Assembly: GCA_003345555.1 (NCBI GenBank) | Contig: PRDJ01000036.1 | Coordinates: 1 to 32,000 of the forward strand | Length of the DNA: 32,000 bases | Origin: Candidatus Thorarchaeota archaeon | Lineage (GTDB): Archaea > Asgardarchaeota > Thorarchaeia > Thorarchaeales > Thorarchaeaceae | Direction of reading: 5' to 3' | Shown here: in pieces, positions 1 through 8,151 of the stretch | Layout of the letters: each line of letters begins with the position of its first letter | Position numbering within the stretch: position 1 is the stretch's first letter | The notes under the pieces: generated by a model | The model's input: only the letters and a program-made list of their open reading frames with translations | Database searches by the model: none | What the model was told of the DNA's origin: nothing | Translations under genes and position numbers: made by a program

Positions 1-477
1 AATCTACAGGTGAGCGGATCTACAACGTTCTTGACGGCCGGACTCAAGTATCCTCTGAGAAACCTGATGGCGATTGTGCCGGATGTCCCGAAGGGCCGAA
101 CTATGTCCGATAACGTCAGGATCGCCATAGAGAGAGCGTTTCACAGATTCGACCTAGTGGAAGGTTCAGATGATGTCATCCTGGCCTTCAATGATGCGGT
201 GCGACCTTCGTACGAGAACTTGATTCAGTTTGCAGAAGGTGTATTGGCAGCTCTACCGAACACGATATCCCTAGGCAAGCCTATTCTAATGTGCTTTGAC
301 ACAGACGTAGGCAATAGCGTAGGGAATGTCATGAAAAGGGAGACTCGTATAGCGAACAACGTTCTGTCCATCGACGAGATATCACTTCAGGATGGCGATT
401 TCCTCGATATCGGAGAACCCTTGATTGAGGGCGTTGTCGTCCCAGTTGTGGTCAAAACACTGGTTTTCCAACGTTGA
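1..477 (+). CDS. eutA: Ethanolamine ammonia-lyase reactivating factor EutA, 3' part (5' end outside window)
   Basis: Frame is open from base 1. The C-terminus SIDEISLQDGDFLDIGEPLIEGVVVPVVVKTLVF matches the recalled EutA C-terminal signature (IDxI...GDYIDIGxPL...VVPVVxKTLvF). Confidence 0.8.
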   Translation, partial: NLQVSGSTTFLTAGLKYPLRNLMAIVPDVPKGRTMSDNVRIAIERAFHRFDLVEGSDDVILAFNDAVRPSYENLIQFAEGVLAALPNTISLGKPILMCFDTDVGNSVGNVMKRETRIANNVLSIDEISLQDGDFLDIGEPLIEGVVVPVVVKTLVFQR

Positions 478-562
478 AGCCTGGCTTTGAGCGACTATTG
501 GACCTAACACTCATTGCTCGATTCAGAAAGCTAGATTAGTTCTAGGCATCCATGCGCCCATT

Positions 563-1465
563 ATGGATTATCAAGTTCGAAGAGTGACCCAGTCGGATCG
601 TGAGGACGTGATGACGATAGCCCGACTGACGTGGGGCGGCTACGACTACTTGCCATTTGCGTTTGACGGATGGCTTCAGGATCCCAACTGCTATACCTTC
701 GGCATCGAGATTGACGGGCATCTTGTTGCTCTGAACAACCTTAGATTAATCGACGACAGGAGCACAGGGTGGATGGAAGGGCTTAGGGTGAACAGGTACC
801 ACAGAAAACGAGGTCTCGCAAGAGTGCTCACAAAACACATCGTTGAGTTTGCTGCAGAGACTGGCGTTAGCCGGGTCAGATATACAACTGACACCACGAA
901 TGCTGCTTCGCTCAAGCTTGGTCAAGAAGTGGGAATGCAGCGTATATTCGATATGGGTGTATTCTGGGCGGGGACCGACAAGATCGAACCATCCGGAAGA
1001 CCAGGTCGAAGACTGGTCAATGTGAATGCTGAGACGTTCTACGAGCAGTTCCTTTCCAGTCCTGATTTGGTTCCCAATGGCACACTTATCTTTGACTGGA
1101 AGGCGGTGCAGGTCACCAAATCCTCCGTTCTTGCACTAGAGGGGAAGTGTAGGTTCTGGACGAGCGTGCGCAGAGGAGTCCTCGAGTCCTTCTCATTAGG
1201 ACTTGACCGGAAGGAGATGAAAGGCATTGAATGGAGCTTTACAGTATACGCCAATGACGACGATGCGTTTCTATCACACCTTGGCTACCATCTCTCATAT
1301 GCGAAGAAGCACAAATACAATGCAGCGATGGGCACCTATCCGTTGGGTTTTAGGAAAGCACTGCTGTCAAGCCCAATGATTCCAAAAGAAAGCAGAAGAC
1401 GTTTTGCACTGACATTGCTTGAAAAGCAGTTCAGTTCCAAGTCGGCTCGTTCGTTGGTTTCCTGA
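563..1465 (+). CDS. GNAT family N-acetyltransferase
   Basis: 300-aa ORF with an N-terminal GNAT fold and the acetyl-CoA motif EGLRVNRYHRKRGLA followed by NAASLKL. The C-terminal half is unassigned. Confidence 0.85.
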   Translation: MDYQVRRVTQSDREDVMTIARLTWGGYDYLPFAFDGWLQDPNCYTFGIEIDGHLVALNNLRLIDDRSTGWMEGLRVNRYHRKRGLARVLTKHIVEFAAETGVSRVRYTTDTTNAASLKLGQEVGMQRIFDMGVFWAGTDKIEPSGRPGRRLVNVNAETFYEQFLSSPDLVPNGTLIFDWKAVQVTKSSVLALEGKCRFWTSVRRGVLESFSLGLDRKEMKGIEWSFTVYANDDDAFLSHLGYHLSYAKKHKYNAAMGTYPLGFRKALLSSPMIPKESRRRFALTLLEKQFSSKSARSLVS

Positions 1466-1641
1466 AACCAGCTCGAGAGTGTTCCACAATCAGTAGTCAG
1501 GGAATTAGCAAGAATCTCTGATGCAACTACTCCAATAGACAGCAAACCCGTGAATTTTCGGGGTATTCCCCATCCGTTTGCTTTTTATCGGCCAATACGC
1601 GTGCGGGTGACAGCTGCACCGATGCTTTTCGAGGTGAACAC

Positions 1642-2715
1642 GTGAGCGTCAGCCCTCCCAAGAGAAACAATGGATTTCCCGTGCCCGCAGAGAGGGTGCT
1701 GGTATCACAGACCGGGAGCGAAGCGACGAGCATACCCAAGATTACAGTCTTTGACTATAGCCAAAGTGAGTTCAACCAGTGGTCTACGACTTCTGTTGAT
1801 GTATGCGTACCCCCGCCCAAAGGGGTCACGGTTCGCTGGATCAACGTTGATGGTATCCGGAATCATGAGGTCGTAGAACATATCTGTCAGTGTTTCGGTC
1901 TTCACCCGCTTACCATTGAGGATATCACCACTCCGGATCAGCAGCCTAAGGTCGAGATCCTTCCAGAGTATGCATTAATCATTATAAAGATGATTCATCA
2001 TACTGGGCCCGATTCCAGAATGGTTTCAGAACAAGTCAGCATAGTCTTCGGCAAAGACTACGTCCTGTCCTTCCAAGAGATTCAAGGGGACGTGTTTGAC
2101 CCAATCAGAAGGTCCATTACGGAAGGGTCTGGACGAGTCAGAAGGGGCAAGGCGGACTATCTGGCTTACGGCTTGGTCGACATGATTGTGGACTTCTATT
2201 TCTCCATATTGACCGAGATAGGTGAAAAAATCGAAGATGCGCAGGAACAGCTCATTGCCAACCCGTCGACCGAGATACTGCGAGATGTCTACGACATAAA
2301 GCGGAAGGTTATCGAGCTTAGAAGAAGTACGTGGCCAGTGAGAGAGATTGTGCTAGCCCTCGAAAGAGACGGCGTTCAGATGTTCGAAAAGACGACGCTC
2401 CCATATCTACGGGACCTGTACGACCACGTAATACAGATAACAGATCATATCGAGATATACAGAGAATGGCTGGCAAGCATGCTTGATATCTACCTATCAA
2501 GCATCACAAATAGGTTGAATGAGGTTATCAAGTTCCTCACAGTCTTATCGACAATCGCTCTGCCTCCAACCGTAATCGGAAGCTGGTATGGAATGAACTT
2601 CGTGAATCAGATGCCAGAACTGAATTGGCCGTTCTTTTATCCTGCTCTCATGGCCGTGATGTTCTCCATGATGATTGTTCTATTCATAATATTCAAGCGG
2701 AGGCACTGGATCTAG
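1642..2715 (+). CDS. corA: Magnesium/cobalt transporter CorA
   Basis: 357 aa. Contains WINVDG, FGLHPLTIEDI, the GMN signature (YGMNF), MPEL and two C-terminal TM helices. Confidence 0.95.
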   Translation: MSVSPPKRNNGFPVPAERVLVSQTGSEATSIPKITVFDYSQSEFNQWSTTSVDVCVPPPKGVTVRWINVDGIRNHEVVEHICQCFGLHPLTIEDITTPDQQPKVEILPEYALIIIKMIHHTGPDSRMVSEQVSIVFGKDYVLSFQEIQGDVFDPIRRSITEGSGRVRRGKADYLAYGLVDMIVDFYFSILTEIGEKIEDAQEQLIANPSTEILRDVYDIKRKVIELRRSTWPVREIVLALERDGVQMFEKTTLPYLRDLYDHVIQITDHIEIYREWLASMLDIYLSSITNRLNEVIKFLTVLSTIALPPTVIGSWYGMNFVNQMPELNWPFFYPALMAVMFSMMIVLFIIFKRRHWI

Positions 2716-2924
2716 ACGCGTTTCCTCGAGGACAAGTCATGTTAGCTCAGGGAACCAAAGAATCGTAGGTGTCTCTCCTGTTCGGCACCGTCACTGAACA
2801 ACAAAGCATCCGGAGAAAGAAGAGTGAGCAGAAAAACAGGGACAGGGAACCAGATGGTTCCGAGTCCGTTGTACGGAACGCGTGCCTGAACTTGGGGTGC
2901 GGCCATGATTCGATATAATCTGAC

Positions 2925-3251
2925 CTAGAGTATCTTGTGATTCTCGACTCTGCGGCGCCAGAAGACCCCCCAAAGCAGGAGGACTACTGAGGCGATTAGA
3001 GCACCGAAGCCCACAAAGAACCCCAGGAAAGTGCCCAGAGCACTGATTTCGCTTCCGAAGAACCACATGCTGAGGAGACCATAGACAATGCCAATAAAGC
3101 CAATCACGACACCCCAGACAGATATCGTGATGAACTTCGAGGCATACCACTCGATTCGCAAATACAGGTTATTGCTGATTTCGTCCCAGCTGCTTGGGAG
3201 GTAATGCGCCTTCTCCTTCTTGGGGACATCCGAGTTAGACTTGCCACTCAT
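2925..3251 (-). CDS. Small two-TM membrane protein, paralog of 3259..3543
   Basis: 108 aa with two hydrophobic segments. Aligns without gaps to its neighbour over about 60 residues (ASK, IG, VYG, GFFVG, WGxxW). Confidence 0.75.
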   Translation of the reverse strand: MSGKSNSDVPKKEKAHYLPSSWDEISNNLYLRIEWYASKFITISVWGVVIGFIGIVYGLLSMWFFGSEISALGTFLGFFVGFGALIASVVLLLWGVFWRRRVENHKIL

Positions 3252-3258
3252 TCTCCGA

Positions 3259-3543
3259 TCATCCCCTCGACTCGAACATCCTCTTCAGGCGTTTGCCTTC
3301 GTTCCGCATCCAATACAGGCCCCAGAAGGCCAAGAAGACTCCAATAAGAACGAAAGCGACACCTACGAAGAACCCTGCAAAGATTGCGAATTGCATAGCA
3401 ACCAATCCGTAGGCCAGATACGCAAGGATCCCGTACACCATTGCCACGCAGCCAATAGCGACGGCGACCACGCTTACGATCATGTACTTTGAGGCCGTGT
3501 TCAGGATTCTTGAGCTAGTCTCTAGCTGAATCTCTCGTGACAT
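3259..3543 (-). CDS. Small two-TM membrane protein, paralog of 2925..3251
   Basis: 94 aa, separated from its paralog by 7 nt, with the same motif spacing. Confidence 0.75.
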   Translation of the reverse strand: MSREIQLETSSRILNTASKYMIVSVVAVAIGCVAMVYGILAYLAYGLVAMQFAIFAGFFVGVAFVLIGVFLAFWGLYWMRNEGKRLKRMFESRG

Positions 3544-3835
3544 AACAGCACCTTGGTTCGATGGCGTCAGATACTCGCTTAAGAAGAATACGAACTGTCA
3601 CAAAACGACCCTCGAAGTTCATTTGCGGCTGTCCCAATTCTGCTCGGAACGGGCGCTACGAAGGCGATGATTACGAATGGGTCCCCTGCGTTTGCCTGCG
3701 CAGTGGCAACAAGAATCGGTTCAGTGATGAAAAGCTAACAGAGAGAATCAGAGGACTGCTCCGGTAAAAGAGAAGCAGAGGGCGAAGGCCATCCCTCGCC
3801 CAGAGAATAGCAGCGCATCTTGTAGCCGCTGAAAC

Positions 3836-4369
3836 CTATTGCTCTCCCTCATCATCTATGTCCGAATCGTCTTGATCGGCGGGGGGGCTTTTACCACGTT
3901 GACCACTATCACTCTTCTCTTCTCCGCGAGAATCGGCGCGATAGCCACGGTCCCGCTCTGTACGTTGCCCCCTGTACCGACGTCTCGGTCTCTGGGGATA
4001 TGCAACAGAGGACACGTCCTGTTCCATGTTGACTTCAGGTATCTTGTCATCAGACGGGTTGACGACTCCATCGCGTCCGATGTTCAACCGGATGTTATTC
4101 ATGAACAGCTTCGTGTATCCGTTCTCCAGTTTGTAGACCGAGCCAACTTGAAAGCGGCCAATCGAATCATCCCACAAAGGTATGATTACAGTGCCGCTGC
4201 TATCGCCAACTTTCGCATCCGCAACTCGGTGAGTCGCACCATCGTCGCGAGAAGTGACTTCATGCGGCTCGGTTATGGACACAACTTTGAAGATGACCGT
4301 CAGCCCTCTCATTCGGGGCTTCAATTCAGAAACGGTAACTTGAACGGGCTGGACCGTGTTGTCGCTCAT
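3836..4369 (-). CDS. ssb: Single-OB-fold ssDNA-binding protein (crenarchaeal SSB/RPA type) with Arg-rich then acidic tail
   Basis: VSELKP...VGDSSGTVIIPLW...LENGYT...LNIG matches the Sulfolobus-type SSB OB fold. The tail ends DQDDSDIDDEGEQ. Confidence 0.88.
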   Translation of the reverse strand: MSDNTVQPVQVTVSELKPRMRGLTVIFKVVSITEPHEVTSRDDGATHRVADAKVGDSSGTVIIPLWDDSIGRFQVGSVYKLENGYTKLFMNNIRLNIGRDGVVNPSDDKIPEVNMEQDVSSVAYPQRPRRRYRGQRTERDRGYRADSRGEEKSDSGQRGKSPPADQDDSDIDDEGEQ

Positions 4370-4565
4370 GGTAAATCACACAGATGGTTAGACTGGTCTT
4401 AAACAAGAACATACTTCTCGAAAGGCATACTGCCACAGCGGGCGCCCAAGAGGAAGCCTTGCTCAAGTCAGTCTTACTGAGGCCCCGACCTAGTTCAAAC
4501 CCATATAAATCTGGCTGAATGTGAATGTGTTCTGCTCTATTCTCGTTTTTCAGAAAACGAGCATT

Positions 4566-4609
4566 AGAAAAAGAAACAAGGAAGTGCGAGAGATTAGGAT
4601 TCTCGCACT
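4566..4609 (-). terminator. Hairpin plus pyrimidine/U tract downstream of the 4650..5183 SSB gene
   Basis: 9-bp inverted repeat agtgcgaga (4583-4591)/tctcgcact (4601-4609), followed on the minus strand by ccttgtttcttttt. A second 8-bp hairpin ctcgtttt/aaaacgag lies at 4542-4561. Confidence 0.55.
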
Positions 4610-4649
4610 GTTCCTCAGTGGAAAAGCAATCTAGATTGGTCGACAGCTC

Positions 4650-5183
4650 CTAGTCGTAGCCTCTCCGGCCACGATCACCACGGCCACCGCGGCCACGGTC
4701 CCGGTCACGGCCACCGCCGTATCCGCCACCGCCACGGCCACCGTAGCCACCACGCTCAGACTCCTCACGTGGTGCTCCGTAACCCCGGCTAGGCCTTCCT
4801 CGATACACTCTCTCGTGCTCGACTGCAGATACATCGTTGGATGTATTCACATCAGCAATCTCTTCAGTAGCCTCACTGATTACGCCAAATCGGCCGATAT
4901 TCAGTCGGAGGTTGCTTCGGAACAGACCAGTGTATCCGTTCTCAAGCTTGTATGTCGAACCCACCTTGACGCGTTCTATCGCGTCATCCCAGAGAGGGAC
5001 AATGACTGTGCCGGTCTTATCACCGACCTTTGCATCAACGATTCGATGAGACTGGCCATCTTCCCGCGATGTAACTTCACGGGGTTCGGTCATCTCTAGG
5101 ACCTTGAAGACAATCGAGATGTTCCTCATTGAGGGCTTCAGTTCGGAAACAGTAGCCACAACAGGCTCTGATTCAGTGCTCAT
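4650..5183 (-). CDS. ssb: Single-OB-fold ssDNA-binding protein with RGG/GY-rich tail
   Basis: OB fold colinear with 3836..4369. The tail is RGGYGGRGGGGYGGGRDRDRGRGGRGDRGRRGYD. Confidence 0.88.
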   Translation of the reverse strand: MSTESEPVVATVSELKPSMRNISIVFKVLEMTEPREVTSREDGQSHRIVDAKVGDKTGTVIVPLWDDAIERVKVGSTYKLENGYTGLFRSNLRLNIGRFGVISEATEEIADVNTSNDVSAVEHERVYRGRPSRGYGAPREESERGGYGGRGGGGYGGGRDRDRGRGGRGDRGRRGYD

Positions 5184-5336
5184 AGCTAAATCACGTTTCA
5201 GATTAGACAGGTGCTTTCAAAACAAGTGCTTCAAGAGGAAATACCACAAGGGTACTCCAAGGACGAAGAATGCTTTGCTGAGCCCTGCTGGGTCTTGCTG
5301 CTCGGGACTTCCTTTTAAATTTGCTTAAGCGCATCG

Positions 5337-6533
5337 TCATTCTTGGAGGTACTTGCGAATAGTGCGGATTCGAGAAAGAACCACGTACATCAAAGGTACC
5401 TTCACTGAAGTCTGTTTCACGGTCTGAGCGCTCGTTGGTATGATACCCTCTTCCTCTAACGTCAAGGGCCACACGCCAGTCTCTCTGACCTCTTGTCTTG
5501 GTTTACTTATCAGTTCTCTTGACGTCAGACGGTCACGAAGCTTCACGAGCAGCACCCCGAGAATGAGAAGGAAGGGCAACGGCAGCGCGAGAGGCCCTAC
5601 CATGAAGTTCGACCAGAACAAGTAGAGATAGATATACGGCGAATTTGCAAGGAGTTCGCCGATTACTCCGATTACCAGCGTCCGATACGCTGATCCGATT
5701 CCCCGGTAGTATAGTATCAGCTTTCTAGCGAAGACAATTCGGATGGAGGACAGCATGAGCATCAGAGCGAAGGACGTGATAGGATAAGTGTAGTAGATTT
5801 GAGAGTAGTATAGGTATGCCGGTTCCAATGCGTACTTGAACTGGTACAATGATACCATCCCGATCGTACTAACGAAGTTTGACGTCGACGAATACCCATC
5901 GGAGTAGGCAAGGAGGGTAGTCGGTGCTATGAATACCACAACTCCAAGCACCAAACCAATAGTCTTTGCCACCCTTGAACTCGCAATCCTTGTCGGTCGG
6001 GCAAAGGGCTTCTGCGTTGGGGACTGCTCCTTCGTAGCATGCAAGAGGAAAGATGATTCACGTAAGAATAACGGAATGAGTATCAGGACGACAAGCGGCA
6101 ACGTCGGATAAGCGCTGGCTATGTCGAGGTATGTGCTATAATTCAGTGAAATAGGATCCACCTGAAAGGCCCAAAGATTCGGGAAAAACTCGGCGAATAG
6201 CAGGGCTGCAATCACAGACCCAAGAGTCAGCCGCCTGATTGACCTGAACTGACTTGCTCCACGGATCTTGGCAAAGAAAAAGATTCCCGGCAACGATTGG
6301 GCTACTGCTTGAAGAACTAGCCCTATTGGAGGAAAAACGAAAAGCAAAGGGGCGGGGCTGGGCGTAACGGCGAGATATTGTTCATGGCCTGCGACAAACA
6401 GGACACAGCAGTAATCAATGTCATTACTGCGTAATTGGACCATTATAGGTGATACCAACATGGCAAGAAGAAGGACGGCAATCTCAAGTGATGTCTTCAG
6501 ATTGGTGCGCCTTTTAGATTGCTCCGTTCCCAC
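5337..6533 (-). CDS. Polytopic membrane protein of unknown function
   Basis: 398-aa ORF (GTG start) with many hydrophobic segments and a TATA-like element about 25 nt upstream. No family recognised. Confidence 0.75.
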   Translation of the reverse strand: MGTEQSKRRTNLKTSLEIAVLLLAMLVSPIMVQLRSNDIDYCCVLFVAGHEQYLAVTPSPAPLLFVFPPIGLVLQAVAQSLPGIFFFAKIRGASQFRSIRRLTLGSVIAALLFAEFFPNLWAFQVDPISLNYSTYLDIASAYPTLPLVVLILIPLFLRESSFLLHATKEQSPTQKPFARPTRIASSRVAKTIGLVLGVVVFIAPTTLLAYSDGYSSTSNFVSTIGMVSLYQFKYALEPAYLYYSQIYYTYPITSFALMLMLSSIRIVFARKLILYYRGIGSAYRTLVIGVIGELLANSPYIYLYLFWSNFMVGPLALPLPFLLILGVLLVKLRDRLTSRELISKPRQEVRETGVWPLTLEEEGIIPTSAQTVKQTSVKVPLMYVVLSRIRTIRKYLQE

Positions 6534-6558
6534 AGCCTACTTTGTAGACTAGTATGCT

Positions 6559-6566
6559 AATAAAAG
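6559..6566 (-). promoter_or_regulatory. Putative TATA box for the 5337..6533 gene
   Basis: Minus strand reads gaaaaggccg-CTTTTATT about 25 nt before the GTG start, which fits a leaderless archaeal promoter. Confidence 0.4.
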
Positions 6567-6577
6567 CGGCCTTTTCA

Positions 6578-6609
6578 TTTCCTGGGCCGCAGTAAGGCGG
6601 CCGAGGAAA
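6578..6609 (-). terminator. GC-rich hairpin at the 3' end of the hdr/mvh operon
   Basis: Minus strand tttcct-c-ggccgc-(cttact)-gcggcc-c-aggaaa, a 6+6 bp stem just downstream of the SECIS. Terminator or 3'-stabilising role is inferred. Confidence 0.45.
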
Positions 6610-6617
6610 AGTGACCA

Positions 6618-6686
6618 GCGACCCTTGCGGGGTTGTCGAGCGCGGTACTGTTCTTTGCGACCACGCCTTCATTCTTCGCAGGTCAC
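6618..6686 (-). promoter_or_regulatory. Eukaryote-type SECIS element (selenocysteine insertion sequence)
   Basis: Minus strand: helix I gugaccugcg/cgca-ag-ggucgc; core AUGA (6672-6669) opposite GA (6637-6636); helix II AGGCGUGGU(C)GC/GUACCGCGCUC; apical loop AAAGAACA starting 12 nt after AUGA. It lies about 80 nt downstream of an in-frame UGA. Confidence 0.85.
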
Positions 6687-6821
6687 TATTTCCTTCTTGG
6701 CTATCTCGCGCCCCTCTTCATCAACAATGACGATATGAGCGGCGCAGGATAGTCAGCAGTCATAGCAGCGTACTACCATCTCAAGGAGATTGAGTACGCC
6801 TTCGGGTATCTCGTCTGTCAT
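6669..6821 (-). CDS. vhuU: Selenocysteine-containing [NiFe(Se)]-hydrogenase C-terminal subunit VhuU (50 aa; UGA at 6755-6753 read as Sec)
   Basis: Manual translation: MTDEIPEGVLNLLEMVVRCYDC-U-LSCAAHIVIVDEEGREIAKKEIVTCEE*. The UGA sits at the first ligand of the L2 motif (normally DPCxxCxxH) that is missing from the upstream large subunit. A GAGG SD lies at 6833-6830 and a SECIS follows. Confidence 0.9.
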
Positions 6822-6834
6822 CTTGATTTCCTCT

Positions 6835-8151
6835 CTAGGTCTTCACTAGTGGTTCAGGGAGTCTTAGTTTCTTGAGTCCATCCTGCTCAAAGATGAGTCT
6901 CGCGGCATCCATCAACGACTTCTCGATGCCGCCAACATTGTGGTTCGTGGCGACTATGATGTTTGCCTTAGTGACAATGCCCTCATCATCGCATTCGTAG
7001 TTGTGCAGACAGGTGCCGCGCGGCGCTTCGACGACCCCAACTCCTTCGCCAGCCCTCGGTGTGACATCCGAAAGCTTCACATCGGTGCACACGATGTCCG
7101 GGTCTTCGAGCAGCTTCTTGATCGACTCAGCAGCCTGCACCAACTCCACAATTCTGGCATAGTGGTAGGCGAATGTGTGGTGAGAGGGTCTTCCTACCAG
7201 GTCACGCATTTCCTTCAGTGCGGCCTGAGCGAGCGGCGTCGCCATCTTCTCAGCGATATTGCAGCGTGCCAACGTGTTAGCACGCCAAATACCGTCAGGG
7301 TAACCCGCAGGCTTGTAGTAGATATGGGTGGCATAGGAGTGGTCCGGCACGTGCTCACCCCAATACTTCGTGTAATCCTTCGGCTCGAAGTCGGCAACCA
7401 TGGTACCATTGGGATCCATCACATGAATGGTTCCGTCGTAGATATCCAATACGCCCTTGTTGCTCAGGCCCACGTAGTAAGTTGGAGTCACAGCCACTTT
7501 CGTAATCACGTCGATGTAGGCCTTCACCACAGTCTTCGCAAGATCAACCGTCTTCTGGACGTTCTCCAGAAGCTGGGGGACAGCCTTCAGCCACTTGTCC
7601 CGCTCCTCTTCGGTCAGCGAGTTCAACATGCCCCCCGGAATTGCAGTAACAGGATGAATCGCCTTGGCGCCCACATCTCTGCAAAGCTCCTGCCCAAACT
7701 CCATTATCTTGATAGCTTGCACGGCTACATCGGGCATATACTTCAGGACTGCCGCCACATTCCTCACAGACGGATCGGCAAAGGGTCCGAAAACGAAATC
7801 AGGAGCAGCAAGTGCGTAGAAATGAATGGCATGAGACGATAGCTGCTTCGATTCGATAAGCAGTCTTCTTAGCTTGATTGCAGCTGGAGGCGGCTTGACT
7901 CCCCATGCTGCTTCAACAGCTTTGACGGATGCCAAGTGGTGAGGCTCCGGGCAGATGCCACAGATTCTCGGTGCTATCCTAGGGACTTCCTCCATCGGAC
8001 GCCCGACTAAGAACCTCTCGAAGAAGCGAGTGCTCCCAATATTGAACTGAACATCTTTCACCTTGTTTCCTGCGCCCAGAGTAATAGTCAGTGCGCCGTG
8101 TCCTTCGAGGCGTGTGACTGGCTCAATGCGAATCGTCTTATCGTTAGTCAT
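6835..8151 (-). CDS. mvhA: F420-non-reducing [NiFe]-hydrogenase large subunit (MvhA/VhuA), lacking the C-terminal L2 motif
   Basis: Contains IEPVTRLEGHG, the L1 motif RICGIC, GVGVVEAPRGT and NIIVATNHN. It stops at 438 aa with no DPCxxC. Confidence 0.93.
   Translation of the reverse strand: MTNDKTIRIEPVTRLEGHGALTITLGAGNKVKDVQFNIGSTRFFERFLVGRPMEEVPRIAPRICGICPEPHHLASVKAVEAAWGVKPPPAAIKLRRLLIESKQLSSHAIHFYALAAPDFVFGPFADPSVRNVAAVLKYMPDVAVQAIKIMEFGQELCRDVGAKAIHPVTAIPGGMLNSLTEEERDKWLKAVPQLLENVQKTVDLAKTVVKAYIDVITKVAVTPTYYVGLSNKGVLDIYDGTIHVMDPNGTMVADFEPKDYTKYWGEHVPDHSYATHIYYKPAGYPDGIWRANTLARCNIAEKMATPLAQAALKEMRDLVGRPSHHTFAYHYARIVELVQAAESIKKLLEDPDIVCTDVKLSDVTPRAGEGVGVVEAPRGTCLHNYECDDEGIVTKANIIVATNHNVGGIEKSLMDAARLIFEQDGLKKLRLPEPLVKT

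Noticed and set aside
3561-3767. 68-aa ORF with two CxC motifs (possible metal-binding microprotein)
   Set aside because: It starts only 17 nt from the divergent 3543 gene and covers that gene's likely TATA (about 3578-3583). No family was recognised, so it cannot be supported without homologs.
4485-4505. gttcaaa resembling a tRNA T-loop in the SSB spacer
   Set aside because: The flanking bases do not form a T-stem and no cloverleaf can be built.
4650-4760. GGC/GGT-rich repetitive DNA as a possible repeat array
   Set aside because: It is explained by the codons of the RGG tail; there are no regularly spaced repeats with spacers, so it is not CRISPR.
6835-8151. mvhA as a truncated pseudogene
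   Set aside because: The missing L2 motif is supplied by the adjacent vhuU, which has its own SD and ATG.
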